64,000 bases of DNA from Azolla caroliniana (GCA_043228905.1 JBHGNT010000007.1:18600001-18664000); one strand, 5' to 3'; positions 25,881 through 40,700 are shown, counted from the first letter of the stretch. Notes: a model not told the origin generated them from the letters alone. Numbers and translations: made by a program.

Positions 25881-28369
25881 TTACGAGTTGTGGAGTTTAC
25901 TCAGTGTTGTATTATCACCTATCGGCTTAGATGCATTTGAAGATGATCCGTGCCTTTCAACGAAAAATTCATATTCATATTTTGGTGGTAGTCTCCTTGT
26001 AAATCTCTCTCTTGAGTCATGAGAAGAGTCACACCCATCTATACTATCTCTTCGACGAAATGATCCAACAGAGTCTGAAACTTTGGCAGCTCTGTTTCCA
26101 CAATTCCGGTCTCGTAATGTTCTAAGAATGAGCATCTTCAGTAAATTCATGACTTGAACTGCGTGCATTAGAGCAATCAAAGGATCTGATACCTGCACAA
26201 CATGAAGATATTTTGAGGACACAAAACATCCAAATATGAAAGCGTCTTCAAGGAAAGCTGTATTGATATTCCAACCTGGGTCATATTGGGAGCAAAGACC
26301 ATGGCTATATTGTGGGCATTCATCTTGTTAAAATGCTCCTCATGGACTACATCCGCCATCAAGTTGATTCCCCAATCCAATAAACCTCTTTCCATGGGTG
26401 GTAGAGTCTTCATAAGGGTAATTGCTTGCTCTTCACTATTACATTGCATGACTTGATCAGGAGAAAGACTGTCTAGCACACCCCTTGGCAGCTCCCTGAA
26501 CCAGGCCTATAAACGTATCCAAAAGGAAGCATTAAGAGGTCTGCAAGATGTAGACATAGATGTAGATGTAGATATGTCTTATGTATACATAGGTTTGTGT
26601 ACATATATATGTGCCTACGTAAGCATATAAAAATCATTTAAGAGCTCTATATTTCATTGGAATGTTCTCTGCAGTGTAATGGGGCAAACCTTGATCATCC
26701 CAGCCAAACAGTGTACATCAACATTGTGAGGTACAACACCATGGTTTAATTGACTTCTCACATGCTCTTCTTGACTGTTCTCGGCGTTTATTCGGAATAT
26801 TCCTTCAGCCTGTTAGTTAGCAGTAGCTACGACAGATTAGAGCCATGATGAAAAGCTAGTAAATAAACACAGGCTAGCTACCACCTTATCAACCAAAAAA
26901 CATAGACAATCTTGGAATGAGGCAAATTACTAGCTAGCACCTTATCCGCAAAAACAATGGTTTTCTTGAACTGATACTTAGATGAAACAACATACCCTAA
27001 GCCCTTTCTTGTCATACAATCTTTCTTGTAGAAGTAGCAATATCGTAGGGACACTGTTGCCTTTTCGATCATAAGAGCACTGCATCGACTGGGCCGAAAC
27101 TCCAAATGCACTAACACTGCCACAAAGTAGAGGTTCCACCATCAAGACCAGATTATTTTGAGCTGTAGTATGCCTTAGTATCCAAAAATCCAAGACCTTT
27201 GCTGTTATTTCATAAGTCTTCAAATATTGATGAAATTATTTATTTGACAAATATCTGCATCCTAGATTTGTTGAAATTTTTAGTACTGAATCATTCCAAA
27301 TTTCTTGGTGGTGCCTGATGCTTGTATATCTTCTATTTCATAACGCAACAATCTTTTATTTTTTTAACAATGCAATGCTGATTTTTGGGTCTGTTTCTCG
27401 CCTATTTAGATTGCTGAAGATGATTTTGAGGCAATAAAATAAAAGTCATAAGCCACATATGCATGCTACTTGGAAGAGAAAGTAGAAGTACCTTGCACTC
27501 GGAGCTATTCTTGGGACCTGCATCTGGAACTCAGCAGGCAAGCCAAGAAAGCCATTAAACCGGTCAAACGTGACATGAGCAATATGCCGGACATCAGTCG
27601 GCCGCCCAATGTCCATCTTGATGTCATCGGGAGAGCCTTTACAAGAGAGACCGGACCTTCGGAGTGCATCGAATACAAATGCCACCACAGAAAGCTCTAC
27701 ATCTTCTTCATCCCGGCGGAGTTTGAGGTTGCGAGCCCGAGCTTCCTTTTGGTTCATTTCTCCTTGTTGCGGCAATGACATGACTTTGTTATCTGAAGCT
27801 TCATAGTCTTTCATTTCCCCCTGTTGTGGTGATAATAACACCACTTTGGAATCCAAACCACCCGGCACTTCTCGGTTGCTCTCTTCTGGCTGTGGTAATA
27901 CTGTTAGATTCCCATCCAAAGCTACTTTCTGGTTTTCCTGCAATTGTGGCAACAATACCACCTCAGGATCCGAAACCAGCCTTTGGTTCCCTTGTTGCGG
28001 CAATACCACCTTCTGCTCCCAAACCATTTTCCTGCTTTCTCTCCATGGCAATACAACCTCAGGATCCGAGAATAATTCTCTTTGCTTCAATTCTCCTCTG
28101 GGAGTTACTATTTGAAGATCAGATGAAACCACTCTTTGGTTCACCCTTTTTTGTGGTGATATCAACTCACATTTGATGCTCATGTTGAATGTTTCAGGCC
28201 GAGATGTAAATACAGGAGAATCCATGGCAATTGCTAATGGGGGCTTTCTATGGAAGTCATCTGAGTCCTTTATAGAGGTTCTTCTTCGGCATGGTGGGGA
28301 GGACGACGATTCGGGGTCGTGATTTCCATTCCTACAGAGTACCTGAGAAGAAGAAAACACCTCTGTCAT
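25881..28369 (-). CDS. RopGAP: RopGAP (CRIB + RhoGAP) Rho GTPase-activating protein, about 553 aa
   Basis: Exons 28369-27492, 27116-26996, 26809-26690, 26506-26276 and 26192-25881 in phase. MTEV N-terminus, CRIB IGRPTDVRHIAHVTFDRFNGFLGLP, arginine finger EGIFRIN and NKMNAHNIAMVFAPNMTQ. The last-exon end is less sure. Confidence 0.93.
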
Positions 28370-28476
28370 GTCTTTTGATTCTTCTTCTGCTGCTGCTGCT
28401 GCTTCTTTTCCGTCGAGAAAAAAATGTGAAGGATTGATGAAATTCTTGGTGATGTCCAGCAGGATTTCTCTGGAAC

Positions 28477-29180
28477 CTGAAGAAGCCAGAAAAGAAAAAG
28501 AAAAACAGAGGTTTCAAAATTTACTTTCTAGCATGATAGCTATGGAGAAAAGAAAGGTCGAATTGCTCATGAAAAGAAAAAACAAAGAAACAGTATTTAG
28601 ACAGGGGAAAGAAACGTGAGAAGAAATGCATTGCATACAGAAGCAGAATTCAACAAAGGAATCCAAAATGAGGAAGAATTGCAACGGTAAGAATTAGCAC
28701 AGAAAGCAAAATTGGAAAGAAAGCGGCTCCTTGAGAAAATACTTTAGTTGTGTCAATGAGAAGAAAGCGATGGCTAGGATTATGGTTAAACTTCAGGCCA
28801 ACAGTAGAGATTAGGGTTAGGAACTTATACGTCTTAGAAAACCCTAATCTCTACATAAAAAAAAACTTGGTGGAAGTGGGGAAAAAGACGTTCGGGGGTT
28901 AAGAATGGACCGTGATAACCTCAGTATCTTGATTGTCAAGACAGAATAAGAAACCCATTAGGGTTAGGGTTAACGAAAACCTTCGGGAAGAAAGGTCTTA
29001 GGGTTATGATTGCGGTTCGGAAACACTCGCAAAAAATAGAAGGGAAAAAGATTAGGGTTAAGGATAGGATGAGGGTTAGAATTGCATTAGAGTTAGGGTT
29101 TGCGGCGAGAGTTAGGGTTTGGAAACCTTGGATAGAGATTAGGGATGATGGATTAGGGATTAGGGATGCAGGAAACTCAC
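28477..29180 (-). other. Predicted first intron of RopGAP, telobox-rich
   Basis: Donor acg|gtgagt at 29180. Strong pyrimidine tract and ttcttcag acceptor at 28477. Confidence 0.7.
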
Positions 29181-29257
29181 CGTTGTGTGCAGGAAATCGC
29201 TTGTGTTTGCGAAGATCCATGAGGCAAAGAAGCCGAGAGGAGTTTCAAAGAAAGAAA

Positions 29258-29260
<3 letters not shown>

Positions 29261-29300
<40 letters not shown>

Positions 29301-29830
29301 TGTGTGTGTGTACCTGCTACTGGTCCTGCTGGGCTGGAGGCGGCGGACCTTTGGAGGCCTCTCAACCTCTTTCTCTTCTTTCTTTCTTTCTCAGTCTGTT
29401 TGAATGACAGAGAAAAGCAGAGACACAGACACAGAGGGGTATAGACTCTAGAGAGAGAGAAGAGAGAGAAAGATAGAGAGAGAGAGAGAGAAGAGAGTAA
29501 TCAGGAAGAAATAGTTGGGTCTGGCTAGTTTCTAAATGCACCACCATCACCATCTCTCTCTCTTCTCTCTCTTCCCTCTCTCTTCTCTCTTTCTTTAACT
29601 TCTCGTTCTTCTCAAGAATTTAAGTGTGAGTGTAGTAATGGCTGACTACTGACTGGCGGGTTTAATTAACCAGAAAAGCAGAGAGAGATTTATACATACA
29701 TACATACATACATATACAGTCACAAAGGAAAATACACAGCAGAAGATGAGAGAGAATGAGAATTAGAGCGATGATGATGATGGATGGGGGGGGGCTCTGT
29801 TCTGCTCTGCCACGCTGGGGAAGAGAGAGA

Positions 29831-29861
<31 letters not shown>

Positions 29862-30014
29862 GTGTGCAGGCTGCAGTAACTAAATTCGCTGAAAGGAAGA
29901 TTCAAAATCCATGAATAACCAACCCTGACGTCCTCCCATTAGTAGAGTGTACCCTACACACACACACACAGGCATCCGAGAGAGAGAGAGAGAGGGATGC
30001 AGAGGAGAGAGAAT

Positions 30015-30063
<49 letters not shown>

Positions 30064-30155
30064 AGAGTATGACAGTGGCAGGGGAGGAGAGAGAATGTAG
30101 AGAGGGACTGAGAGAGAGTGTGTGTGTGAGACAGAGGCAGGGCAGGAGAGAGAAT

Positions 30156-30194
<39 letters not shown>

Positions 30195-30199
30195 CAGGG

Positions 30200-30236
<37 letters not shown>

Positions 30237-30928
30237 CAGGGGAGGAGAGAGAATGTAGAGAGGGACTGAGAGAGAGTGTGTGTGTGAGACAGAGGCAGGG
30301 CAGGAGAGAGAATGTAGAGAGAGAGAGAGAGAATGACAGAGGCAGGGGAGGAGAGAGAATGTAGAGAGAGAGTATGACAGTGGCAGGGGAGGAGAGAGAA
30401 TGTGACTGAGAGACAGGGGAGGAAAGGGAATGTGACTGAGAGACAGGGGAGGAGAGAGAATGTAGAGAGAGAATGACAGAGGCAGGGGAGGAGAGAGAAT
30501 GTGACTGAGAGACAGGGGAGGAAAGGGAATGTGACCGAGAGACAGGGCAGGAGAGAGAATGTAGAGAGGGACTGAGAGAGAGAGAGTGTGTGTGTGTGCG
30601 TGTGTGTGAGACAGAGGCAGGGCAGGAGAGAGAATGTAGAGGGAGAGAGAGACTGAGACTGATTAAAGAGAAGGGTTTATTTTTTTTGGGGGGGAGGGGG
30701 AGACAGAGAGACAGTTAAAAAGAGAGGGAATTGAGAGTGACACATAAACCAGAGAGAGAGAGAGAGAGATTCAAATTTCAAACTCATTTGAGCTTCAGAG
30801 AGAGAGAGAGAGAGAGAAGGGAAGATAATTAATGAACAGAAAGAGACACTTCTGATTGAGGCTTTCAGATTAGTGTGTTTGTGTGTGTGTGATAGATAGA
30901 CAGATAGATGGATGTGTGTGTGTGTCAG

Positions 30929-30959
<31 letters not shown>

Positions 30960-31017
30960 TAGAGAGAGAGAAGGATAGATATGTAGATAGATGGGTGTGT
31001 GTGTGTGTGTGTGTTTG

Positions 31018-31053
<36 letters not shown>

Positions 31054-31562
31054 ATAGATGTTTAACATTAGATAGATAGATAGATAGATAGATGTTTGTA
31101 GTGTCCATAGAGAGGCCAATATTGAGTGAGCCATAGGACCTAAGTACAAAAGAAAGTTATGTTGATGTGTGTGTGTGTGTGTCTCCTTCCTATCTAATAA
31201 CAACAAATGGATTAGATGCGGGGGAGGGGAAAAGAAAGCATATCTGAGCATTCCTTGGATGGTTTAGAGTAAGAGTGAGCAAACGAACGAACACATGGTT
31301 TGGTTTTAGGATGCGGAGGTCTGAATGAGTGTAGATAATGTCACAACGTGAGCAAAGTCCAACACAAAGCTTTTCATGGTTTGTGTTTGTGTGTGTGTGT
31401 TTGTGTGTGTGTGTCTGTCTGTCTGTCTGTTTGCACACACACACAAACACACGTGCAAGCATATGTAAAGTTGATCTCTTGGACTTCGAGAACTTTGCTA
31501 ACCAATGTTGGAATTGAGCGTGCATCTTGTAGTTGAGAGAGAGTGTGTGTGTGTGTGTGTGC
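29261..31562. repeat. Microsatellite/minisatellite field: (GA)n, (GT)n, (GATA)n and a composite purine-rich minisatellite at 29980-30660
   Basis: Directly visible. The unit ggggaggagagagaatgt recurs, separated by variable (GA)n. Confidence 0.95.
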
Positions 31563-34352
31563 ACAACAATATATGTACTTTTGTGGCTGGTGGATAAGAG
31601 GATAAACCCCCTTTGAGAATTCAAGTGTTTTGATGACTTACACACATGTTTTGAGTTCTCGGTAGAGATTGGTTGGGATGTCGTAGGATAATGGATAAGC
31701 TCGCCTTTTGTTTAATTTTGGATTTCAGATTTATAGGGATTTGTTTATATGGATAGTATTGGCCATGATGGAGTAGCTTTGTCTTTTCTATGGATAATTG
31801 AAGCATTGGGGTTAGTTTAGGTTTAAGGATTTCACGATTCGTTTTCATCTATAATGGGTCATGAGAAATGGAGGGAGAGGCTTCAATAACAACATATCCT
31901 TGAAACATAGTGAAACCACACATAAAAAGAGAGGAAAGATGGACGTGGAAAGAAAGAGGGCATAAACCAGAAGAGAGACAATATACGAATGGATGGGTAG
32001 ATTCTATTATTGTCCTTGGTGATCAAATATGACCAACGAACCAAGTGTGAGACATTATCATGTAGTAGCACGTGCTTTAGAGCAAGACATACCAAAAGGA
32101 GTGTTTCAAAATTGAAACCTTGTATCGAGTTGAGCTTTCGAGACATAAGTTTAACCAACGCATAGAGAGAGAGAGAGCGAGACAGAGGGATACGAATAAA
32201 AAGAGGGACAAGAAAGTGCAAGAACGGACAATTCAAAATTCAAACTTTGTGAGGAACGGAGCTTTCCACTGAAAAGTGAATTTCAAGGGCACATCTTTTA
32301 AGGATTACAGGGTTGTATTCAGAGGGATCGTTGACATCAAGAATTTTCTAGGGTTATTGGTTTATTCAAATGGATTATGGACATGAGAGCGCAAGGGTTT
32401 AAGGTTCAGTTAGTTTGTATACTCGAATTGCGTATATCTCATTGAGGAGATTTCAAGGATTTAGGGTTTTATTCATACTACAATACATGTCATGAGAACC
32501 AAGTTTGACAAAGAACAATAGCATCATGGAACCTTTACCAATTGTTCTTATGTAGATAATGTGGCAACTCATCCTACATGTACACATGCATCATAAATTT
32601 GTTAGCCAAAGATCACGTGCAACACAAAATATTGAAAATTCTATTGAAAACAATCTAATCTCTAGTAAAAATTCATTTGTAAGTGAGAACAATTGACTTG
32701 ATACACTCCATGACATTTCAATGTTCTCTAGAAATAAGCACTCATGGACAAATTCTATCAAATCTCGAGGAATAAACTTATGGTATGTGTACATGCATCA
32801 TGCAAGCTCGATCAAAGATGGATTATGCAAAATGTGATTGTGGGCGTGACAAGATTTAAAGGGTTTGATGATAGCCCTATGTTGCATATATATAGCAGCA
32901 CTGCAAAAACTTTTATCCGAGAAAAACATTGATTGTCTTTGTTGGGAATAAAGTTAGAGAAGGAGAGAGAATGAAAGCCTTTCATATTTGAGAGCACCCA
33001 TATTTCGATTGGTTGGTTCATTCATATGGGTAGGGGACATCTTTGTTAAGGAGGTGATATTGTGATATTGTGCTTGATTTGTGGTTCATCAAGTCCAATT
33101 ATTTGAATTCCTTCCATTGTGTGTGAGATTGTTAAATGTTTATGAATGTCAAGGATGATGCGGGTAAGACAACTAGGTGATGACCCTCCCATGAACTTCT
33201 TTTCAATCCTAGTCTTTGTGCAAGAAGATTGTGCGGCATGAATATGGATGATTCTCCTTCTTCAAGCTCATTGAATGAAATTAATCAAACTATATATTCA
33301 TACCTACACGTGTCATAGATATACATGAGATGGAAGCTTTATTTTCCTTTGTCTTAAGGGGGATAGTTAATGGGCAATAAAAAATCCCAAGAATTCTAAA
33401 CCTCGAATTGAAGAACGAGATTATCGTTTCCAAGAATATTATTTAGTTCTTTACATAAAAAGAAGGCAAGAAAATCCTCGAGTCGGTAGTAGTATTTCAT
33501 TTTTGTTTGGCATAAGAGCAGAACCAAATACCTTCAATCTGCTTAGTTTGGTGGATCATCCTTCAACACTTAGTGGCAAGAATGGATACCAAATTGACAA
33601 TGATGTTCATCATCGTTATTGACATTAATCATTTAAGTATATAGTCATTCACCATGCGGTTTTTGCTAACCAAATATCTGTAGTTTTAGATACTTCATTT
33701 ACTCCTTTTACGGCCACACACCATGTGAATGACCAACATGTAAAAACGTAAATATTACCATAGTTACTTAGAAACTTTCCCAAGAGAGATGTGGCAAGAT
33801 GCATGTCTATAGGGCGAACACATCAACAATTAATTTTTAACAATAACAAAATAAACAACATTTTTATTTGCACAATCATAATGAAGGAATGTAAATAGAA
33901 TAACAAGAATATAAATAGAATGACAAAAAGATACAACTTAATCATATATGGAATCTAAATATCGTGAAAGTACAAATGTATTAAATTATGATGTTCCAAG
34001 TCAACCATCGGTACGAGTTACCATAACGATTAGAGGGAGTTCAAGGCAATCAGTAAAACATACGTGGGCGTTGAATCTAGATGCAACGGCTATTCTATGT
34101 TTAAGAGTTCTAGTATTCCACATCACGTTGATGCTAAAGGTACTGATTGTCATTGAGATTGTGCTTGAGTAAGGTTCATGATATATTGCCGCTCTAGTTG
34201 TATGTTCATTTTGACAAAACATGCTCTTGCAATACTAGCAATCTTGGGTATAATTTTGTGTTAATATTACCAAAGGTATGATGATACGTCCAATTTATAG
34301 CCATTGTTCAAACAATTTATAGATGCCAATATAAAAAGAACCCATCAAATTA

Positions 34353-35142
34353 CAATTGCCATATATACTAACATAACCATGTGTCAACGCTATTTTCACC
34401 TTCTCAAAAATCCTAAAACGTGTTCACGATTGTTACTCGGCCTCTCAACTGCAACATTTCACATATACAGTTGCCATATATAATAACATAACCATGCATC
34501 AACGCTATTTGTACCTTCTCAAAAATCCTAAAACGTTTTCAAGATTGTTACTTGAGCTATCAACTACAAAGTTCACATATAAAGAACTTGTTACGTGTAT
34601 TTAACCATATAGATATGCATATCGTTTTATGAATTTGTATTTTTTCGGTATTGGATGTACTTATATTGGTTGCATGCTTTGCACTATTGTGGGGGATGAA
34701 TTTGCATATTCTTTGTATAAATATTCTCATGGTGGCACCCACACGATTGTATATGCACACTTTTGTTTTACGTTATTTTATACAAAATCCATGTCAAGGT
34801 GACAAGTTGCACTTCATTTTGTATGTTTTAGGAGAAGAGTTGATCACTCCAAATCCATGGTGGGTGCTAACGAAGTATTGCCTCTTTATCACCTCACAAT
34901 GATGATACATCACACACATGCAAACTCATAACAATCCCTTCTTAACTAAACCCTGTAAAGTAATAAATTGATGATGTCCTAATTGACCATTTGTAGGTTG
35001 GACATTTTGTCAATACAAACATTATGATGGTGCAAACTCATAACGATCCCTTCTTAACTAAACCCTGTAAAGTGATAAATTGTTGATGGTCCTAATTGAC
35101 CATTTGTAAGTTGCACATTTTGTCAATACCAACATTATGATG
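34353..35142. repeat. Two separate tandem duplications (periods about 115 and 112 bp)
   Basis: ttgccatatata...cctaaaacg at 34356 and 34471. caaactcataac...cattatgatgg at 34921 and 35033. Confidence 0.85.
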
Positions 35143-37794
35143 GATTGTGAACTGTTATTTGAATTTGTATATTTAATGTGAAAGTTTACTATTTTTTTAC
35201 AATTATCGATAAATTAAGTGTTAGATGTGAGAATGAAGGTTTTTGGGAAGTATACAAGTATGCATATACGAATATGGGTTTATGCTTGTATAAATATGCC
35301 TAGTATGTAGAAATGGAAATAAGTTGATGATTGATTAAGTTGAGTCACATCTAAATGCATACCAATGACATTCAGGAAACTAGGTAGTTGAAGGTTAAGT
35401 CTTCAAATGAAAGAATTAGTTAGAAGAATGTAGACCAATGGTCGATGTCGTAAGGATAAGACTTTGGCGTATGAGATTGGCGTGAATAAGCAAATAACTA
35501 GGTTGGAGCGACCTAAGATTAGAACGTAATATGAAGATTTTTGCACATTAGAGGAACACTAATGTAAAACCCTAAACAATCATAAAAACCTTAATGTTAT
35601 TACGAAAGGGGTGATATAATTTTTGAAATTAGAATATAGAAAAACATTTCAAGATATAAGACAACACACATCTATGTGTAATATTGTTCTCATTATTACA
35701 AGGGACTTGAATGGTTAGCCAGCCATAATGTGCTCATGGGTGTACTTATATCACTTTGATAAGTAACCTAAAGTAAATCGATGGAATATTTTCACCTAGA
35801 AAGAGAAACTATGATGTTTCTTACTTGAGTTGGGTCAAGGTTACATACAGCTTATTATTTTTCTTTTCTTGGGAAAGGTGCCAAAGTAGTTAGTTAGCTT
35901 ACCTAATGATGGATGAAAGATCTTCCCTTACCCACACATGAACTCACATATGCCTCAAGAGTCATGGGTCCAATCTCATAGTCAAGTCAAGTTTCAAATG
36001 GTTGGTGTCATTCACAATGAGGTGAATTTTGAAATCGGGCAATCTTTACTTTTGATGGCATCACCCCTACCATCCTCCAATTTTGAGAAAACAATAGCAT
36101 GACCGCATAAGAAAGTGATAATCAAAACGCCCAACTGAGCATAAAATTAACTTACTAACCACTGTTTGATTTGGTGATCAAATGTCGTAATTGGACAAGC
36201 TCTCCATGATATGAATTAACCTACTACTACTTACTTAAGCAGCATTAATTAATAAATATTTTACTCAGGCTCCCACTAGCTATGCTAACAAATGTTGCAA
36301 TAAACTCTATCACACAATTAATTGATTACTAATCTCTAGTTAGTAAGTATTTTGCATGCAATAATCTAGCATTCAAATATAGAACCATTAAGGATAAACT
36401 AGCAAATTAATCACTGCTTTAATAAATATTTTAATTGATATATTTGAAGGCTGCAGAGCATATAACTAAGCTACTAAACAGAAACGTTTTCCATTCAATC
36501 CTAGTCAAGGACCCCTAAATGAATAACAATCCACCAGTCCCTAAGTATTTTGGTATGGCTCTAATAAACTCCTCGTCAAAAGTTGTAATCAAGTCTCCTC
36601 TAGTATCGAACAAAATCATTGCAAAATGTTCATAGAGAAACAGGCATACTTTAATTTGAAACCCAAGATAGTATTGCATTGAGAGCTCCACAATAAGCAT
36701 TTCCTAGTGCCAAGCAAATTGAGGCAGCTAGGATGCTTGCATTTCAGTTTCGAACCTAATTGTACATGATACTAGACATTGAAATATAATATCACAAATC
36801 TTAAATCTTCCACTAACTGGCTTGTGCAATGTATTGGCCTACCAGTAATAAAAACACTCTCTAAGGCTCTGAGACTGATGAGAGAAGAATGGTTAACTCA
36901 ACAATGACAGCCCAGCACTCAATTTGTGGCATGTTAAAATAATATTTATGCTCAAAATTATGCTGTTGCAAACCTTGTGAAGAATAACACTTGTTTTTGT
37001 GATATGGAAAAATAGAAACCCAAAATGAAGCAAATGCTATTTAATGCTCCTTTTGTCAATCAGATTGAAGTAGGCCTTTTTTATGACGGCCAACTTCATT
37101 AGAACACAGAAAAGGATATCGAAGGTCATGTTGATCATTATATACTTCAATAATTTACATACAGAGAACATACAACACCTACTTCCCATTTCCCAACATC
37201 AGAACTTGATACATTTGTCGTGTAGAAATGTTCAAATAGTATATGACAGACTGTTCATTTGTTGATTCAGACTAGAAGAAGCTATGCTTTTATAGTCCAT
37301 ATCATTAACTGGGTTCACAGCCATGAGACCCATCAACCATATGAATCAACTCCCTCATTCTACAGCCACAATAACATGATCAGCTTTTGATATTTCTGTG
37401 AAGGCATTGATTTGGGTGAGTACAATTTAATCATTCCTCGATATGAAATATCTTTAGTTGCATTATAAATGCTCAATCTCGAGCTTATATATCTACAAGA
37501 AACTTCTATCACCCCTCTTCTTGCATCACAGGAGAAGCAGATGATGTTATGACATACAACTGAGCAGTTGACAGAACTTCAGGGGTAGCAATGGGATATC
37601 TTTGATGCAAGAGATATCTTCACTAGTATATATTTGAGTTTTTTCAGCAGCTATTTATTTATTGGCTTGTGAAAAAAAACAGAAAAACAATGAGCTATGC
37701 TATATATCATGAAGGGCCTACTTTCCTAGCTAAGAAATGTAAGAAACATAAAACCTGGGCGAATAGGTTTTTGATAATGATTTTGACGACATGT

Positions 37795-40700
37795 TCATAC
37801 ACTACCCATAAGAGGAGATTGTGGTCTCTGAACCAGCTTTGAGTGTGTTGCTGCATAGACAGATGTATTCGTGTCCATTCGCAAGTGACGGAAGAATGGC
37901 TGAAGATCAGGATGTAAGCGATCCACAGCTTTGCTACATAATGTCAAGGTCTCTGTTCTAGGCTTCCCACTTCCTTGTCCATCCAGCATTACTGCATGAT
38001 GCCTGCAACACATGAAAATATTTTCAGCATTACTGAAATCCATTAAAGACTTAAAAAAAAGATATTTCTTTTGTATTCTTGGCTTGGCTACAGTTTCACA
38101 TTCATTAGGCTGCGCAGAGGGAGATGATCTAATATCTTGCATCTATAAATGTGCTGCAAATGCATGATACTAGGTCTTCTGAGGGCTTTTAGCATTTCTG
38201 AAGTCTGCTTCAGTAGAAACTGGGTAACCAAGTCATGTATGCTGAAAGCATTGAAATTACACATAATTAATGAGCAGATAGAAAAGGCCCTAGTGGTGAT
38301 GGTGATATTTTATAGAGCACAGGGAGAGTAATCACAATATAAAAGCCTCTTAAAGATAGAGATGAATGATGTCTGGGAACTTGAAAAGATTAAATATTAT
38401 ATCTGAGAATGTATTACGCCAGGATGCAAAATAAAGACTCAGAGGAAAGAAAAGTCAGAACCTCAGGAATGTATTGTTACGGTTGAAGTCATTGGAACTG
38501 GAATGAAAAATCATTCCATTCCACTACATAACTATGTCTTTAATTAATGATACACTACCAGATCAGTACAATCTACATCAACGGGTTCACATGTGAATAT
38601 ATTACTGAAACATTTTGGTTTTAAATCCTACGTTAGGCAAACATTAAAGAAAAACTAGAGAGAAGACAAGTGGGACAACAAAAAACTTACAGAAAATCAA
38701 TCAGATCTGAAATTTCCTTCAGATCAACATGACAGGCTGGTTGAGATTTTGGACCAAATACTTCTGCTAATATGGTGAATAATAATGCCAATGTCTGCAT
38801 ACAAAAAGGTTCAAAATACAGAGTCACCAGTTATCACAAAAACGTTCTAGTCCAAGATGAAAATAGTAGAAATTTGTTATACCTTGGAAAACAATGGTTT
38901 TGAGACTATTAGACGAGGTAGTAGAGGACCAATAATACGGAATGCAACGCGTAATTGTGCAACAGATGTGATTGGTCTTTGATTATTTACTACTGTGTGA
39001 ATTCCTTCAAGCCATTCAAAAGATAGATTACTAGCAAATGCGTGCAGCAATGCCACCGTGTTCCCTGCAATAGAATTGTGGCAAGAAGATAAAACATGAA
39101 AACATATGTCCAATAATCATAACAAAACTTATCTTCCTACAAATACTGACATGATCATAAAGTAAAGTAGCCACATTCCATTGTCCTTGACATGGGCCCC
39201 CCTATTTTTTAGGACTGATGTCCTTAGAATACAGCTATCACAACAGGTGTTGCACATTTCAAAGCTATTGGTAGTGGTTTTGGAATGTCACAAAAAAGAG
39301 CTAATCAAATAAGTGTAGAAATGAGTATATGCATCTAAGGTGACCCAAATCTTAGAACAAGTCAACACATCAAGCAGCCAAAACTCAAAATACAGTATCC
39401 ATTTATATTTTGCTCCACTAACCAATTACAGTTGAGGTGTCATCTTCAATTGCCCATGTTGGATCCCATACAGAGTAAGCATAAGCTGCATCTATCTCAG
39501 GCTTAACTTGTTTGGCATCAGTCATCCACCAGCATTCTTTGAGAATCCGGGCAGTCTCAACATACAATGCACCATGGAAAGGAGTTGGAAGCTGAGCCAA
39601 TAGTAGACCACATGCCTGGATCATAAGTGGAGAAGCAGCACCAGGATTTTGAGTAGCAGTTGCAGTTGTAGAACCTGATGAATTGATGTAAGAATCTACA
39701 CCTTGACCTGGGGGAGATGAGGCGTTTAATGGACTTCTAGGGTTAGGGCCCTGTAAGCCAGTTGATGTGTTTTGTGAATGTTGCTGCACAAGTCCCTGTT
39801 CAGTGAGTGACTTGCCAGATGCTTGTACTTTGACTGCAATGTGAACCAGAGTAGAAACAACCTGACTTGGTTTAAACTGCAAAGATAACAGTTCAATGAC
39901 TGCAGTCTCAAGTACTAATTGTGGATATGTTCCTGGATCCTGGTGCTGATAAAAGACTTTTGGGATTTCAGGAACACTAGAAGTAATAGAGGGAGCTATT
40001 GCAGGATGCCCTCCAAGGCGTCCCAATCCACCTGAGCTGTCCGTTGAGAGCTTTGATATTAAAGGTGGAATGACAACATTCACAATATTCACTAACAGGT
40101 TTGAGAGATAGTCAGAAAAGTTTGCAGGGTTAGGCTCCTGCAGAAATGCATCTGAGAAAGGTATCTGCATGTCACATGCATAAATGATCAATATCTACGG
40201 CAGAAGGGTACCAAAATAAATATCTACAGAAAATTACACAGTACCAACAGAACCAGAAACCGATGATACCATGTTGCTCTAAAATAAATACAAAGTACTG
40301 AAATGTCCCGACATTATGCCATAGATATACCTTTGTAAGGTCAAGATTGGAAAGTAGTCGGATAATAAATTTGTTTGGCAGACACCCATAGAAGTATGCG
40401 AGTGTATCACGAACAAATGTGAAACGAGTAGGATGATGGATGAATAGCATAGAGTATTTATCTAGCAAGCTCTCAGCTGCTTCAAAAAGCTCATTTTCTA
40501 TAAATCTGTACATGATTAGCGTTAAGGCTGGCAATGCCCGAACACAAATATCATCAAAATAGACTGGAAACCTGGATCAGTAAAGAACTATCAAAGCAAA
40601 GTTCAAAAGCACATATGCATCATGGATGACATTGCCCATATGGAAAGCTCACCTATCTTTACCGACTACATGTCCACCGAGAACTTGTTGTGGGTCTGAG

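Noticed and set aside
29006-31645. ERERER, LSLSLS and THTHTH ORFs
   Set aside because: Translations of microsatellites.
31600-36500. Genes in the RopGAP-MED23 interval
   Set aside because: Only short ORFs with no recognisable motif or exon chain. Probably decayed repeats.
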